DNA of 64,000 nucleotides from an uncultured Gammaproteobacteria bacterium (GTDB lineage: Bacteria; Pseudomonadota; Gammaproteobacteria; Steroidobacterales; Rariloculaceae): NCBI GenBank assembly GCA_963713355.1, contig CAVQLK010000001.1, positions 14,269 through 78,268 on the forward strand. The letters run 5' to 3'. A program made the translations under genes and the position numbers. Below, piece after piece: positions 1 through 8,499 of the stretch (positions are counted from its first letter, which is position 1; the number at the start of each line of letters is the position of its first letter). The notes beneath the pieces are model-generated. The model saw nothing but the letters and a program-made list of their open reading frames with translations. It searched no databases and was not told the origin of the DNA.

Positions 1-132
1 GACCTTGACGGCAGTCCGCCAGACCGGCGGCCAGGCCGGCTTCCAGAACCAGCCATTCGCCTGGGCGACGCCCGTCCCCATCAACCAGACCGCCGCTGCG
101 GCCGATCCCCCCGTAATCACCTTACGCCACAT
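1..132 (-). CDS. 5' end of a gene for an exported protein of unknown function (continues beyond window start)
   Basis: ATG at 132-130 preceded by GAGGAG with a 6-nt spacer. Translation MWRKVITGGSAAAAVWLMGTGVAQA/NGWFWKP looks like a Sec signal peptide. Frame is open to position 1. Too short for the ORF track. Confidence 0.45.
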   Translation of the reverse strand, partial: MWRKVITGGSAAAAVWLMGTGVAQANGWFWKPAWPPVWRTAVKV

Positions 133-270
133 CGGATGCTCCTCATTGAGTTAAGTAATAGGGTCGTCAAACGACTCCCGTAGTGCACCCGATCACGGTG
201 CGAAAGACATGGCCAAGTCGTGATGGATTGGTGGAGAATCGTGGAAAACAATGAGGAGGCTAGGACGCCC

Positions 271-2292
271 ATGGTGTACCGGCTGGGGGAGTGCGAGCTC
301 GACGACGCTCGGTTCGAGCTGCGGCGCAAAGGGCGAGCGATACCGGTCGAGCCGCAGGTGCTCGAGCTGCTGCTGTACCTCGTCGCGCACCGCGACCGCG
401 CAATCACGCGCGCGGAGCTGTTCGAGAAGCTGTGGCGAGGCCGCGTCGTCACCGACTCGGCACTGAATAGCCGCATCAAGGCGGCGCGGTCCGCGCTCGG
501 CGATGACGGCGCGTCGCAGGCGCAAATCCGCACGCTGCACCGGACCGGCTATCGGTTCGTGGGGCACGTCGCAGAGGTGGCGGCCGCGGACGTCGGCGGC
601 ACATCTGCTCCGGGCGCAACCGTCGGCCACACGCCGGTGCCGGCGCCAGCCGAGGTCGCTGCGCCAACGGCCGACACACCCCGCGCCGCGATTCTTTCAT
701 TCGCGGGCCGCCGCCTCGGCCTTGCCGGCGCCGCGCTCGGCCTGCTGCTCGCCGTCGGCGCATTCTCGCTGCTGCCGCGCGTCACCCGCGACATCGGCGC
801 GGCCGACGGCGTCGCTTCCTCGGTGCCGACCCCTGCCCTTGCCGTTGCCGCGGCGGGCCGCAAGACGCTGGCCGTCCTGCCGTTCGCCAATTTGAGCCCC
901 GAGGCCGACCAGGCGTACTTCGCGGACGGCATGGGCGTGGAGCTCATGAAAGTGCTGTCGCATTTGCCGGGTCTGCAGGTCACCGGCCGAACCTCGGTGT
1001 CGTTTTTGCACGGCCGAAACGAGACGCCACACGCGATCGGCGAGGCGCTCGGCGTCGCGCACTTGCTGACAGGCAGCGTGCGCAAGGCCGGCGAGCGCAT
1101 GCGAATCACCGTCGAGCTCGTCGATGCCGGCAGCGGCTACCAGCTCTGGTCCGAAAGCTATGAACGCCAGCTCGGCGACATCTTCGACGTGCAGGACGAG
1201 ATTGCGGAGCGCGTCGCGACGGCGCTGCAAGTCAAGCTCGGGCTCGGCGCGAGCGGCGAGCTCGGCATGACGCGCAACGTCGCCGCGTACGACGAATTCC
1301 TGCGCGGGTACGCGGCCTACAACGAGCACAGCCCCGAGAGCATGCTGCTCGCGATCGAGCACATGCACCGCGCCGTCGCTCTCGATCCGAGCTTCTCACG
1401 GGCCTGGGCGTATCTGTACTGCATCTATCTGGACGGCAGGGGCGTGATGCCGGCGCTCGCCGAAGAGTGGACGCGCAAGTCCCTCGAGGCGCTCGAGCAC
1501 GCGACGAAGCTGACGCCCAGCTCGCCGTTCGTGCGTGTCCTGCACGCGCGCGAACAGATGCGGCTCGGCAGGCGGCTCGAAGCCGGCGCTACACTCGATG
1601 CGCTGCCGGCGGGCTACTGGACCGCGGACCGTTACATCACGCGAGACGTGTTTCTCGGTCGCTTCTTGCTCAGCACGGGCCATGCGAAGGATGCCGTCGA
1701 GACGCTCGAGCACGCGCGAGCCGCCGACCCCTTGAGCCCCGTCGTCGCTTGGTTGCTGTCGATAGCCTACGCCGCCGCCGGTGACTCGGAGCGAGCGCTC
1801 GCGGCGAGCGATCGCGGCGTCGAGCTAGGCCCCCTCATGCCCGCCATTACCGGCAACGCAATGCTCGTAGCACTCGGCACCCGCAACCCACACGAGATCA
1901 AGCGAAGGGTTGCGGCAATGGCAACCGATGGCGCCGGTCGGCGCGCAATCACGGACGAGCTATTGCCGTTCCTCTACGATCCGGTGGCGGCTCGCGCAGA
2001 GCTGCGCCGAGTGGCCGCAACGCCGGCGCCGGCGGACTACATCCGCAGCGTCTTGATCGCGTATTGGGCCGCTTATTACGGCGACGCGCAGCTCGCGCTC
2101 GATCAGTTGAACGCCATCGCGCACGGAGCCGTCGACGAGGGCCTGCTGTGGCGCCCCGTCCTCAGCGAAGTGCGCAAGCTGCCGGGCTTCAAGAAGCTCG
2201 TCGCCCGCGAAGGGCTCGTCGAGTACTGGCGCGCCAAGGGTTGGCCGGATCTCTGCCGGCCAACCGTTGGCGACGACTTCGAGTGCAGCTAG
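271..2292 (+). CDS. CadC/OmpR-family winged-helix transcriptional regulator with transmembrane segment, TolB-N-like and TPR-like periplasmic region
   Basis: N-terminus YRLGECELDDARFELRRKGRAIPVEPQVLELLLYLVAHRDRAITRAELFEKLWRGRVVTDSALNSRIKAARSAL is an OmpR/PhoB-type wHTH. Hydrophobic span LGLAGAALGLLLAVGAFSLL, then KTLAVLPFANLSPEADQAYFADG. ORF opens at GTG 220; ATG 271 follows GAGGAGG. Confidence 0.8.
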   Translation: MVYRLGECELDDARFELRRKGRAIPVEPQVLELLLYLVAHRDRAITRAELFEKLWRGRVVTDSALNSRIKAARSALGDDGASQAQIRTLHRTGYRFVGHVAEVAAADVGGTSAPGATVGHTPVPAPAEVAAPTADTPRAAILSFAGRRLGLAGAALGLLLAVGAFSLLPRVTRDIGAADGVASSVPTPALAVAAAGRKTLAVLPFANLSPEADQAYFADGMGVELMKVLSHLPGLQVTGRTSVSFLHGRNETPHAIGEALGVAHLLTGSVRKAGERMRITVELVDAGSGYQLWSESYERQLGDIFDVQDEIAERVATALQVKLGLGASGELGMTRNVAAYDEFLRGYAAYNEHSPESMLLAIEHMHRAVALDPSFSRAWAYLYCIYLDGRGVMPALAEEWTRKSLEALEHATKLTPSSPFVRVLHAREQMRLGRRLEAGATLDALPAGYWTADRYITRDVFLGRFLLSTGHAKDAVETLEHARAADPLSPVVAWLLSIAYAAAGDSERALAASDRGVELGPLMPAITGNAMLVALGTRNPHEIKRRVAAMATDGAGRRAITDELLPFLYDPVAARAELRRVAATPAPADYIRSVLIAYWAAYYGDAQLALDQLNAIAHGAVDEGLLWRPVLSEVRKLPGFKKLVAREGLVEYWRAKGWPDLCRPTVGDDFECS

Positions 2293-2295
2293 ACG

Positions 2296-2892
2296 CTAGA
2301 ACTTCCAGGCGACGTTGAGCCACAGAGCATCGGATTCATCGAGCTGCTCGATGTCGATCTCTTCGTACTCGAGCCGCAAGTTCAGGCGGTCGAGCACGTC
2401 GATGCCGATGCCGGCGCTATAGACGAGGTCTTCACCGCTCTCGTCGATCAGTTGGCCGCCGCTTAGGTTCAGATCGACCTCGTAGAACATCATGCCGACT
2501 CGGGCGAAGAGCTCGATCGGGCCGATGGGCAGCGTTCCGACGATGCTTGGCGCGAAGCCTTGCACGTCCGACGTGCCGCTCACGGAGGGCGAGACGGCAC
2601 CGCTCGACTCGCCGAAGTCGACGAAGTCGGCTTGCAGCGCAAAGAACTGATTGAAGTGCCAGCCGCCGAAGACCTTCAGCGCGTTGTCGCTATCGCTGAA
2701 ATCGACGCCGGCGTCGTCGATGCTGTCGAGGCTGTTGATCTCGTCGACGGACGACGAGTAGTCGCCGATGCCGCCGCCGAGATAGAACCCCTGGAGGTTC
2801 CGGCCGGCGCGGTCATCGTCGTCCTCCTGCGCGAGCGCGGGCCCAGCCATCAAAGCCAGTAGCACTGCCGCTACGGTCGTTCCCTTGGTCAT
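2296..2892 (-). CDS. small outer-membrane beta-barrel protein (OmpA-like/OmpW-size porin family)
   Basis: Signal peptide MTKGTTVAAVLLALMAGPALAQE, alternating amphipathic strands, and C-terminal ...LNVAWKF ending in Phe as in OM barrels. Confidence 0.75.
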   Translation of the reverse strand: MTKGTTVAAVLLALMAGPALAQEDDDDRAGRNLQGFYLGGGIGDYSSSVDEINSLDSIDDAGVDFSDSDNALKVFGGWHFNQFFALQADFVDFGESSGAVSPSVSGTSDVQGFAPSIVGTLPIGPIELFARVGMMFYEVDLNLSGGQLIDESGEDLVYSAGIGIDVLDRLNLRLEYEEIDIEQLDESDALWLNVAWKF

Positions 2893-3037
2893 CTCATACC
2901 TCCTTGTAGTTTAGATCGCGCATAAGAAGGCAAGCTCCGTGCCACCTGGGTCTGGTCTGTTGTGGAACTTTCACGGAGCGTGGAAGCCTTGGCGGGGCGG
3001 GCCGAATTCCGGAGTTGCGCGCGAGCCACACCTTGCT

Positions 3038-3059
3038 CCGCGCCGCTGCGCGGCCTTTT
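3038..3059 (+). terminator. orphan GC hairpin plus T-tract (possible intrinsic terminator with no upstream plus-strand gene)
   Basis: ccgcgc-cgct-gcgcgg (3038-3053) followed by ccTTTT (3054-3059). It lies in the 216-nt gap between two minus-strand genes. Confidence 0.3.
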
Positions 3060-3108
3060 CCATGCAAACTCACAAATTGCGAAAGGATCGCGGCCGTCGG
3101 CCGACGCG

Positions 3109-3678
3109 TCAGGATGGCGAGTGGTTGAATGTGTAGTCCGCGATCACGCGCTCGTCCGTACCTTCGACGGCGACGAGCCGCACGCGCTGTTGCGAGTGAC
3201 CGAGCGTGCGCAGGTAGACCGTGCTTGTCACCGCGGCCAACGTGCCGGCCTCGGCATCGAAGGCGACGTCGTTCGCGCGGTGCTTGCCGCTGGTCGAGTC
3301 GTCAATCAGCACATCGAGGCGACGGACGTCGCGCAGCGGCGCGCGCAGGTAGGAGACGACGAAGTCGTCGTCAGGCGTGACGGTGCACGCGACGCTGCCG
3401 CCGGACGGGAGGTCGTATTCGCGGACCTGCCAACCCGCCTCTTTGATCCTATTAATGAAGGGGACCGACGTCACGAAGTTGAACGTGCCGCGCAGCAGCT
3501 CCGCGCGAATCGAAGCGCCCAGCGCGACGACGGCGCCGAGGCGCTCCGTGCAGGCCGCGCAGGCGAACAAGTGCTCCTCGAGGCGCTGCTCGTGCCTTCT
3601 GTCGAACTCGCCGTCGAGCTCGCCGAGCCAGTAGGCCAGGAGATCCTGCGGCGGTGTCGTGCATGCGGCGCGCGTCAT
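3109..3678 (-). CDS. zf-HC2 anti-sigma factor, apparently soluble (no TM segment)
   Basis: MTRAACTTPPQDLLAYWLGELDGEFDRRHEQRLEEHLFACAACTERL has the H-x3-C-x2-C anti-sigma motif. Its ATG overlaps the sigma gene stop (ATGA at 3675-3678). The longer ORF to 3855 would overlap the sigma gene. Confidence 0.7.
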   Translation of the reverse strand: MTRAACTTPPQDLLAYWLGELDGEFDRRHEQRLEEHLFACAACTERLGAVVALGASIRAELLRGTFNFVTSVPFINRIKEAGWQVREYDLPSGGSVACTVTPDDDFVVSYLRAPLRDVRRLDVLIDDSTSGKHRANDVAFDAEAGTLAAVTSTVYLRTLGHSQQRVRLVAVEGTDERVIADYTFNHSPS

Positions 3679-4289
3679 GTCGTGCCCTCCGCGTTCGTCA
3701 TGCATGAGCGCAGCCGGTCGAGCCCGCGATGGCGAATGACGCGCACGTTGCCGGCCGACAGCTTGAGCTCCGCGGCGACGGCGTCCGCGGACCGATCGTC
3801 GTAGAACGTCATGAGGAGAACGGCGCGGTCGCGCTCGGGCAGCGCGGCAAGGCACAGCTTGAGCCGCTCGCCGTCGAGCGGCTCCGCGCTCTCTTCGATG
3901 CCGGGCATGAGGTCGAGCGGAAACGCTTCGAGTAGCCGCGCCCGCCGCCGGCCGCTGCGCCGCCCGTCGATGACCGACTGGCGAGCCGTGCCGAGCACGA
4001 ACGACGCGAGCCGCTCCGGCTCGCGAACGGCGCCTTCGCGCAGCTTCTGCAACACGAGGACGAGCACGTCTTGCATGAGATCGGCGGCCGCGGCCTCGTT
4101 GCGCAGGTGCCGGAGGCCGTAGAGGCGGATCCTCGGGCCGAAGCGGCGGCAGATCTCGGCCTCGGCGACGGCATCCTGGCCGGGCGCACGGCCGGCGATC
4201 CGGCGCGCGAGCGCGGCGTCGTCATCGACGTCTGAACCCCCGAAGCTCATGCGGAGAGCATACGGGGTGGCGTGCTGCAGAGAAAACAT
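3675..4289 (-). CDS. ECF (sigma-70 family) RNA polymerase sigma factor
   Basis: Region 2 DLMQDVLVLVLQKLREG and region 4 AVLLMTFYDDRSADAVAAELKLSAGNVRVIRHRGLDRLR. Alternative start at ATG 4250 (MSFGG). Confidence 0.85.
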   Translation of the reverse strand: MFSLQHATPYALRMSFGGSDVDDDAALARRIAGRAPGQDAVAEAEICRRFGPRIRLYGLRHLRNEAAAADLMQDVLVLVLQKLREGAVREPERLASFVLGTARQSVIDGRRSGRRRARLLEAFPLDLMPGIEESAEPLDGERLKLCLAALPERDRAVLLMTFYDDRSADAVAAELKLSAGNVRVIRHRGLDRLRSCMTNAEGTT

Positions 4290-4297
4290 GCTTTGAA

Positions 4298-4326
4298 GGT
4301 GTAACGACCCGCCGCATCGTTACACC
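4298..4326. promoter_or_regulatory. perfect 10-bp inverted repeat in the divergent sigma / MBL intergenic region (candidate operator or hairpin)
   Basis: ggtgtaacga-N9-tcgttacacc read directly. It lies 9 nt upstream of the 4289 start of the sigma gene and 39 nt upstream of the MBL gene. Confidence 0.4.
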
Positions 4327-4364
4327 TCCATGCGTTCTGACACTTCAACCAAGGGGGACCGCTC

Positions 4365-5120
4365 ATGATCACGAATTCGCAGTCGGGCACGAACGTCGCC
4401 GAAATCGCTGCCGGCATCTTCCGCATCAACACGCCCGCGAAGCTGCCGGGCGAGGTCGGATTCAGCTTCAATCAGTACCTGATCGTCGACGATGCGCCGA
4501 TGCTGTTCCACACGGGCCAGCGCAAGCTGTTCCCGCTCGTCAGCGAGGCGATCAATGCCGTGCTGCCCGTCGAGCGGTTGAAGTACCTCGCGCTATCGCA
4601 CTTCGAAGCCGACGAATGCGGCGCGCTGAACGAGCTGCTCGCTGCCGCGCCGAACGCCGTCCCCATCTGCGGCCAGGTCGCGGCACTCGTTGCGATCAAC
4701 GATTTCGCCGACCGCGCGCCGCGCGCGCTCGCCGACGGCGAAGAGCTTTCGCTCGGATCGCGGACGATGCGCTGGTTCGATACGCCGCACGTCCCCCACG
4801 CTTGGGAGTGCGGCCTCATGCTCGACGCGACGACGCGCACGTTTTTTTGCGGCGACCTGTTCACGCAAGGCGGTATCGGCGACGTCGCAGTCACGGAGGC
4901 CGACATCCTCGGACCCAGCGAGGCGTTCCGTAAGCCGATGGACTACTTCGCGCACGCTCCGCAGACGCGCGCGACGCTCGAGCGGTTCGCGCGCGAGGCG
5001 CCGACGACGCTCGCGTGCATGCACGGCAGCGCCTGGCGCGGCGACGGCGCGCGCCTCTTGCGCGAGCTCGCCGCAGCGCTCGAGACACCGGCGCGCGGCG
5101 AGCAGCAGAGCGCCGCGTGA
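4365..5120 (+). CDS. MBL-fold metallo-hydrolase-like protein with non-canonical H-x-E-x-D-E motif
   Basis: LKYLALSHFEADECGALNELL sits where the MBL HxHxDH motif would be (di-iron/ODP-like variant). RBS aaggggga upstream. Confidence 0.7.
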   Translation: MITNSQSGTNVAEIAAGIFRINTPAKLPGEVGFSFNQYLIVDDAPMLFHTGQRKLFPLVSEAINAVLPVERLKYLALSHFEADECGALNELLAAAPNAVPICGQVAALVAINDFADRAPRALADGEELSLGSRTMRWFDTPHVPHAWECGLMLDATTRTFFCGDLFTQGGIGDVAVTEADILGPSEAFRKPMDYFAHAPQTRATLERFAREAPTTLACMHGSAWRGDGARLLRELAAALETPARGEQQSAA

Positions 5121-5129
5121 GGGGAGCGC

Positions 5130-6512
5130 TCAGTTCTCGAAGTCGAAGATGTCCTCGGCCTCGGGCTTCTTCATGCCAGGCTCCCAGTACTTCTCCCAGA
5201 TGTCGGCCCACGGGCGGCCGTACATGTCGGGGACTTCGTGCTCGATGACGGCGCCCGGGGAGACGGGCGTCGGCGTGCCGTCGACGGGGTAGATCGTCTG
5301 CACGCACTCGATGAAGACGTACGGATCGCCTTCGTCGAAGCCCGAGAGCTTGCTGAAGTTGCGCACGATACGCACGGGCTCGACGAGCGCCTCGGGGTCG
5401 TACAAGACCGTCTCGTGGTTCAAGCCGAGGAACTTACCGGCGGCGTCGCGGTTCGGCGTGTAGATCTCGATCGTCTGCAGCTTGCTCGAGTGCTCGGGCG
5501 CCGCATGGACCTTCCAGCCCTGGATGTTCGACGTCCACGTGATCAGCGTGTCCTCGTCCCAGAAGCCGATCGTCTCGCCATACCAGCGCGGCACGTCGGC
5601 ACCCAGGCGCGGCACGGCGCCGTCCATGTTGAACTCGCGGCCGAGGTGCACCGTCGTGATGAAGTTGCGCGCGACGCCCGCGACGATCTGCACGACCGAC
5701 GGCGCCGCGATCATGTAGTGCTCCCAGACGGCGGCTTCGTGGTAGCGGCGCATGAAACCTTCGGGCCAGCAGTACTGCGACGGCCACATCGCCTTGTTCG
5801 TGTTGGCGTGGTGATACGCCTCTTGCACGAACCGCGTCTGATACTCCGGCGTCAGCAGCGACAGCACCGTCGGCGCTTGCACGCGCCGCATGTGGTACCA
5901 GACGTTGTTGTTCGGCGTGCGGGCCGGGTGCTGATAGCGGCCCGTCCACTCCTCGAGCTGCTCTGCGGTCGGCTTCTGCTTTGCGCCGCCGCGCGCCGTC
6001 GTCTCGGCGAGCAGCGCCTCGTAATGCTCCTCTGCCGTGCCAAAGCCATACGGGCTCACGATCGCTTCGCGCGGATAATCGCGGTCGCAAAAGCCCCATG
6101 CGGCCGATGCCGGCGGATTTGAGCCGATCGTGCCGCTGCGGTTGCCGCCCCACGCGTCCTCGAGCGCCGCGGAGCTGTTGCAGCGGAAGTAGCGCTTGTC
6201 GCTCCAGAGCTCGCGGTCTTGGTAGAAGTCCTTCGACGTGAAGATGTCGACGGGCAGCGGCTCGATCCCGGGCGGGTGCTCGCCCTCACGCGCGGTGCCG
6301 ATGAACTGCGGCTCGGCTCCGGCCGGCTGCCGTTGGCCGAACGCGCGGCGTATCGCGGGCCCGACGATCTCGCGCTTGTTGATGTCGTCGAGCATCGGCG
6401 CAGCGCGCCCAACGCTCTTGAAATCGATTTGCGCCGTTTGTTGCGCGCTCGCGCCCGTGCCGAGCAGAGCCAGCGCCGCGACGGCCGCCAGCCGCATCTT
6501 GTTGTTATTCAT
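5130..6512 (-). CDS. exported protein of unknown function (460 aa)
   Basis: Signal peptide MNNNKMRLAAVAALALLGTGASAQQ. Long, non-repetitive, Trp/Tyr-rich ORF with normal codon bias. No motif I can name. Confidence 0.7.
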   Translation of the reverse strand: MNNNKMRLAAVAALALLGTGASAQQTAQIDFKSVGRAAPMLDDINKREIVGPAIRRAFGQRQPAGAEPQFIGTAREGEHPPGIEPLPVDIFTSKDFYQDRELWSDKRYFRCNSSAALEDAWGGNRSGTIGSNPPASAAWGFCDRDYPREAIVSPYGFGTAEEHYEALLAETTARGGAKQKPTAEQLEEWTGRYQHPARTPNNNVWYHMRRVQAPTVLSLLTPEYQTRFVQEAYHHANTNKAMWPSQYCWPEGFMRRYHEAAVWEHYMIAAPSVVQIVAGVARNFITTVHLGREFNMDGAVPRLGADVPRWYGETIGFWDEDTLITWTSNIQGWKVHAAPEHSSKLQTIEIYTPNRDAAGKFLGLNHETVLYDPEALVEPVRIVRNFSKLSGFDEGDPYVFIECVQTIYPVDGTPTPVSPGAVIEHEVPDMYGRPWADIWEKYWEPGMKKPEAEDIFDFEN

Positions 6513-6569
6513 GTGTTCCCCGCGAACGCTCGACTCGAGCCGGTTGCGGCGATAGTAAGTTCAAGCTGT

Positions 6570-7988
6570 TCAGAAGTCGACGCCGAAGCTGATCTGGAAT
6601 CGCTCGATATCATCGCGAAACGGCGCGTCACCGTCGCTCGGATTCAGCGGAACCGCATAGCTCAACCGCATCGTGCCGAACGGCAACAAGACGTCTGCGG
6701 CGATACCGGCGGAGGCTCGCAGCTCGGAGGCGCTGAAGCCGAAATCGATGCGCTGCCCACCGGCATCGAAGAACTCCGTGCCGTCGGTCGAGTAGACGTT
6801 GCCGACGTCGAAGAAGAAGCCGGAACGCATTCGTGAAGCCCATCGGCGTGGCCATGCGGTCTTCACGTCGAGCTGTGCTGCGACGAGCAGATTTCCGCCG
6901 TAAGGATTGCCGAGACTGTCTTGCGGCCCCAGCCCGCGGTAACCGCGGACGGTGGCAGGTCCGCCGGCGAAAAAGCTCAAGTTTGGGGGCAGCCTCGTCG
7001 TCTCGCCCAAGTCGTCGCCGTAGCCGAGGACGCCGTGTGCGCTCACCGTCCAGCGCGAGCCGGCCGTCCAGTAGCGCGTGGCGTCGTAGCGCGCCGTGAA
7101 ATACTCGATGTCGCTTGCGGGCAATGCGGCTCGAGCTTCGACCGATTGCTCGAGGCCTCGCTCCGGAAAGCCTTCACGATTGCGCGTGTCGTAGCGCCAG
7201 CGAAACAGGAGATCGAGCTCGGTGAATTCGGTCGACAGCACGTCGCCGGCAAGCAGCGGCTCGCCGTTCAGCGCGATCCAGCTCGACAGCTGCGCGCTGC
7301 TCGCCGGTCCTGCGCCGAGCAGCGTTTCTCGCAACGCAAGGCCTAGGCTCACCCTCTGCTGACGAGCGATCGGGTAGCCATATTCCCACCGGACCTCCGC
7401 TAGCTCCGCGTCGATACCCGACGTGTCCGCGGTCAGCTTGTCGACATGCCGCGCCGCTAGGCCGATCGTTCGACTCACTCCTGCGGCAAACGCGTAAGGG
7501 TTCGTGTGCGAGGCCTCGACGACGGATCCGAGCTCACTGGTTTCCGCCGCTATGGAAGCCTGCTGTCCGGAGCCGAACAGATTGTCGTTTTCAAAGTAGC
7601 CGTGGAGGCTCGTGCGTAGGGAGCTCGCGTACCCGCCGCCCACGCCGTAGCGCCGTGTCGGCGCTTCCTCGATGGTCACGATGACGTCGACGACGTTATC
7701 CGAGCTCGGCACCGGCGCTACGGCGAGCGTCGCCCGCTCGACGGAAGGCAGCCGCTCGAGGTGAATCCGTGACTCCTCGAGGGCGTCCGTCCTCAAGAAC
7801 GTGCCCTCGATCTGGCGCAGCTCTCGTCGGAGCACCTCGTCGTTCGTTCGCGTGACGCCGCGAAACTCGATGCGCCTGACGTAGATTCGGTCTGCAGATT
7901 CCTGCGCGACGCAAGGCGGCACGGCAAGCAGCAACAGCAACACGAGCAGAACGGAATGAAACGGGCGCGGGACCCCCTTCCCGATCAT
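6570..7988 (-). CDS. Omp85 (BamA/TamA-family) outer-membrane protein with a single POTRA domain
   Basis: IYVRRIEFRGVTRTNDEVLRRELRQIEGTFLRTDALEESRIHLERL is POTRA-like. VIVTIEEAPTRRYGVGGGY begins the barrel; the protein ends ...FQISFGVDF. Start chosen at MIGKGVPRPFHSVLLVLLLLLAVPPCVAQE (ORF opens at 8054). Confidence 0.8.
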   Translation of the reverse strand: MIGKGVPRPFHSVLLVLLLLLAVPPCVAQESADRIYVRRIEFRGVTRTNDEVLRRELRQIEGTFLRTDALEESRIHLERLPSVERATLAVAPVPSSDNVVDVIVTIEEAPTRRYGVGGGYASSLRTSLHGYFENDNLFGSGQQASIAAETSELGSVVEASHTNPYAFAAGVSRTIGLAARHVDKLTADTSGIDAELAEVRWEYGYPIARQQRVSLGLALRETLLGAGPASSAQLSSWIALNGEPLLAGDVLSTEFTELDLLFRWRYDTRNREGFPERGLEQSVEARAALPASDIEYFTARYDATRYWTAGSRWTVSAHGVLGYGDDLGETTRLPPNLSFFAGGPATVRGYRGLGPQDSLGNPYGGNLLVAAQLDVKTAWPRRWASRMRSGFFFDVGNVYSTDGTEFFDAGGQRIDFGFSASELRASAGIAADVLLPFGTMRLSYAVPLNPSDGDAPFRDDIERFQISFGVDF

Positions 7989-8117
7989 GTCCGACGCGAA
8001 GACTCGCCACTCATTGTCTCGGATTCGACGATGCCGTACGCGAGCGGTTCCCAATAGCCTCGCGAGCGCGTGACATCCCGCGTCGAGTGCCGTATCGAGG
8101 CGAGACCCTCTGCGCTC

Positions 8118-8499
8118 TTAGAAGAGATCCGCGAGGGTGAGCTCGGTGGTCAGCGCCGGCAGCGGCAATGTGCCTTCGGTGACCTCGTCGCGCTGCGTAT
8201 ATTCCGCCCTCACGATCGCGAAATCGGGTTGCGGCTCGGAGCGCAACGATAGCCGCACGGCGTAGCTGAGGCTCACCTCCGCCGCATCGGCGACGGCGAG
8301 TCCAAGCGCTGTTGACGCGCGCACGACGTCGCGGCGATCGCCGATCGGCGGCATGCGATGATCTCTCCTTCGATCAGCTCCGTACGATCGTCGGGAGACA
8401 ACAAGCCGACTTGGCCATGCGGTAGTAGTCGTGAACCGTGAGCCGATGCGGCCGCGGCCAGCTTTCCGTTTGCGCGCTCATCCCATCCTCATCGCTCAT
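8118..8499 (-). pseudogene. Uma2 (DUF820) family endonuclease relic: three frame pieces and an internal deletion
   Basis: Piece 1 MSAQTESWPRPHRLTVHDYYRMAK, piece 2 VGLLSPDDRTELIEGEIIA, piece 3 MPPIGDRRD...EPQPDFAIVRAEY...LTLADLF. They join in consecutive frames, with 1-nt deletions near 8410 and 8355. The catalytic core normally between PD..V and the C-terminal ..LF is missing. Confidence 0.6.

Noticed and set aside
117-630. Minus-strand ORFs 117-533 and 193-630 at the window start
   Set aside because: They overlap the well-supported regulator gene and have low-complexity translations. The real minus-strand gene start appears to be the short signal-peptide ORF ending at 132.
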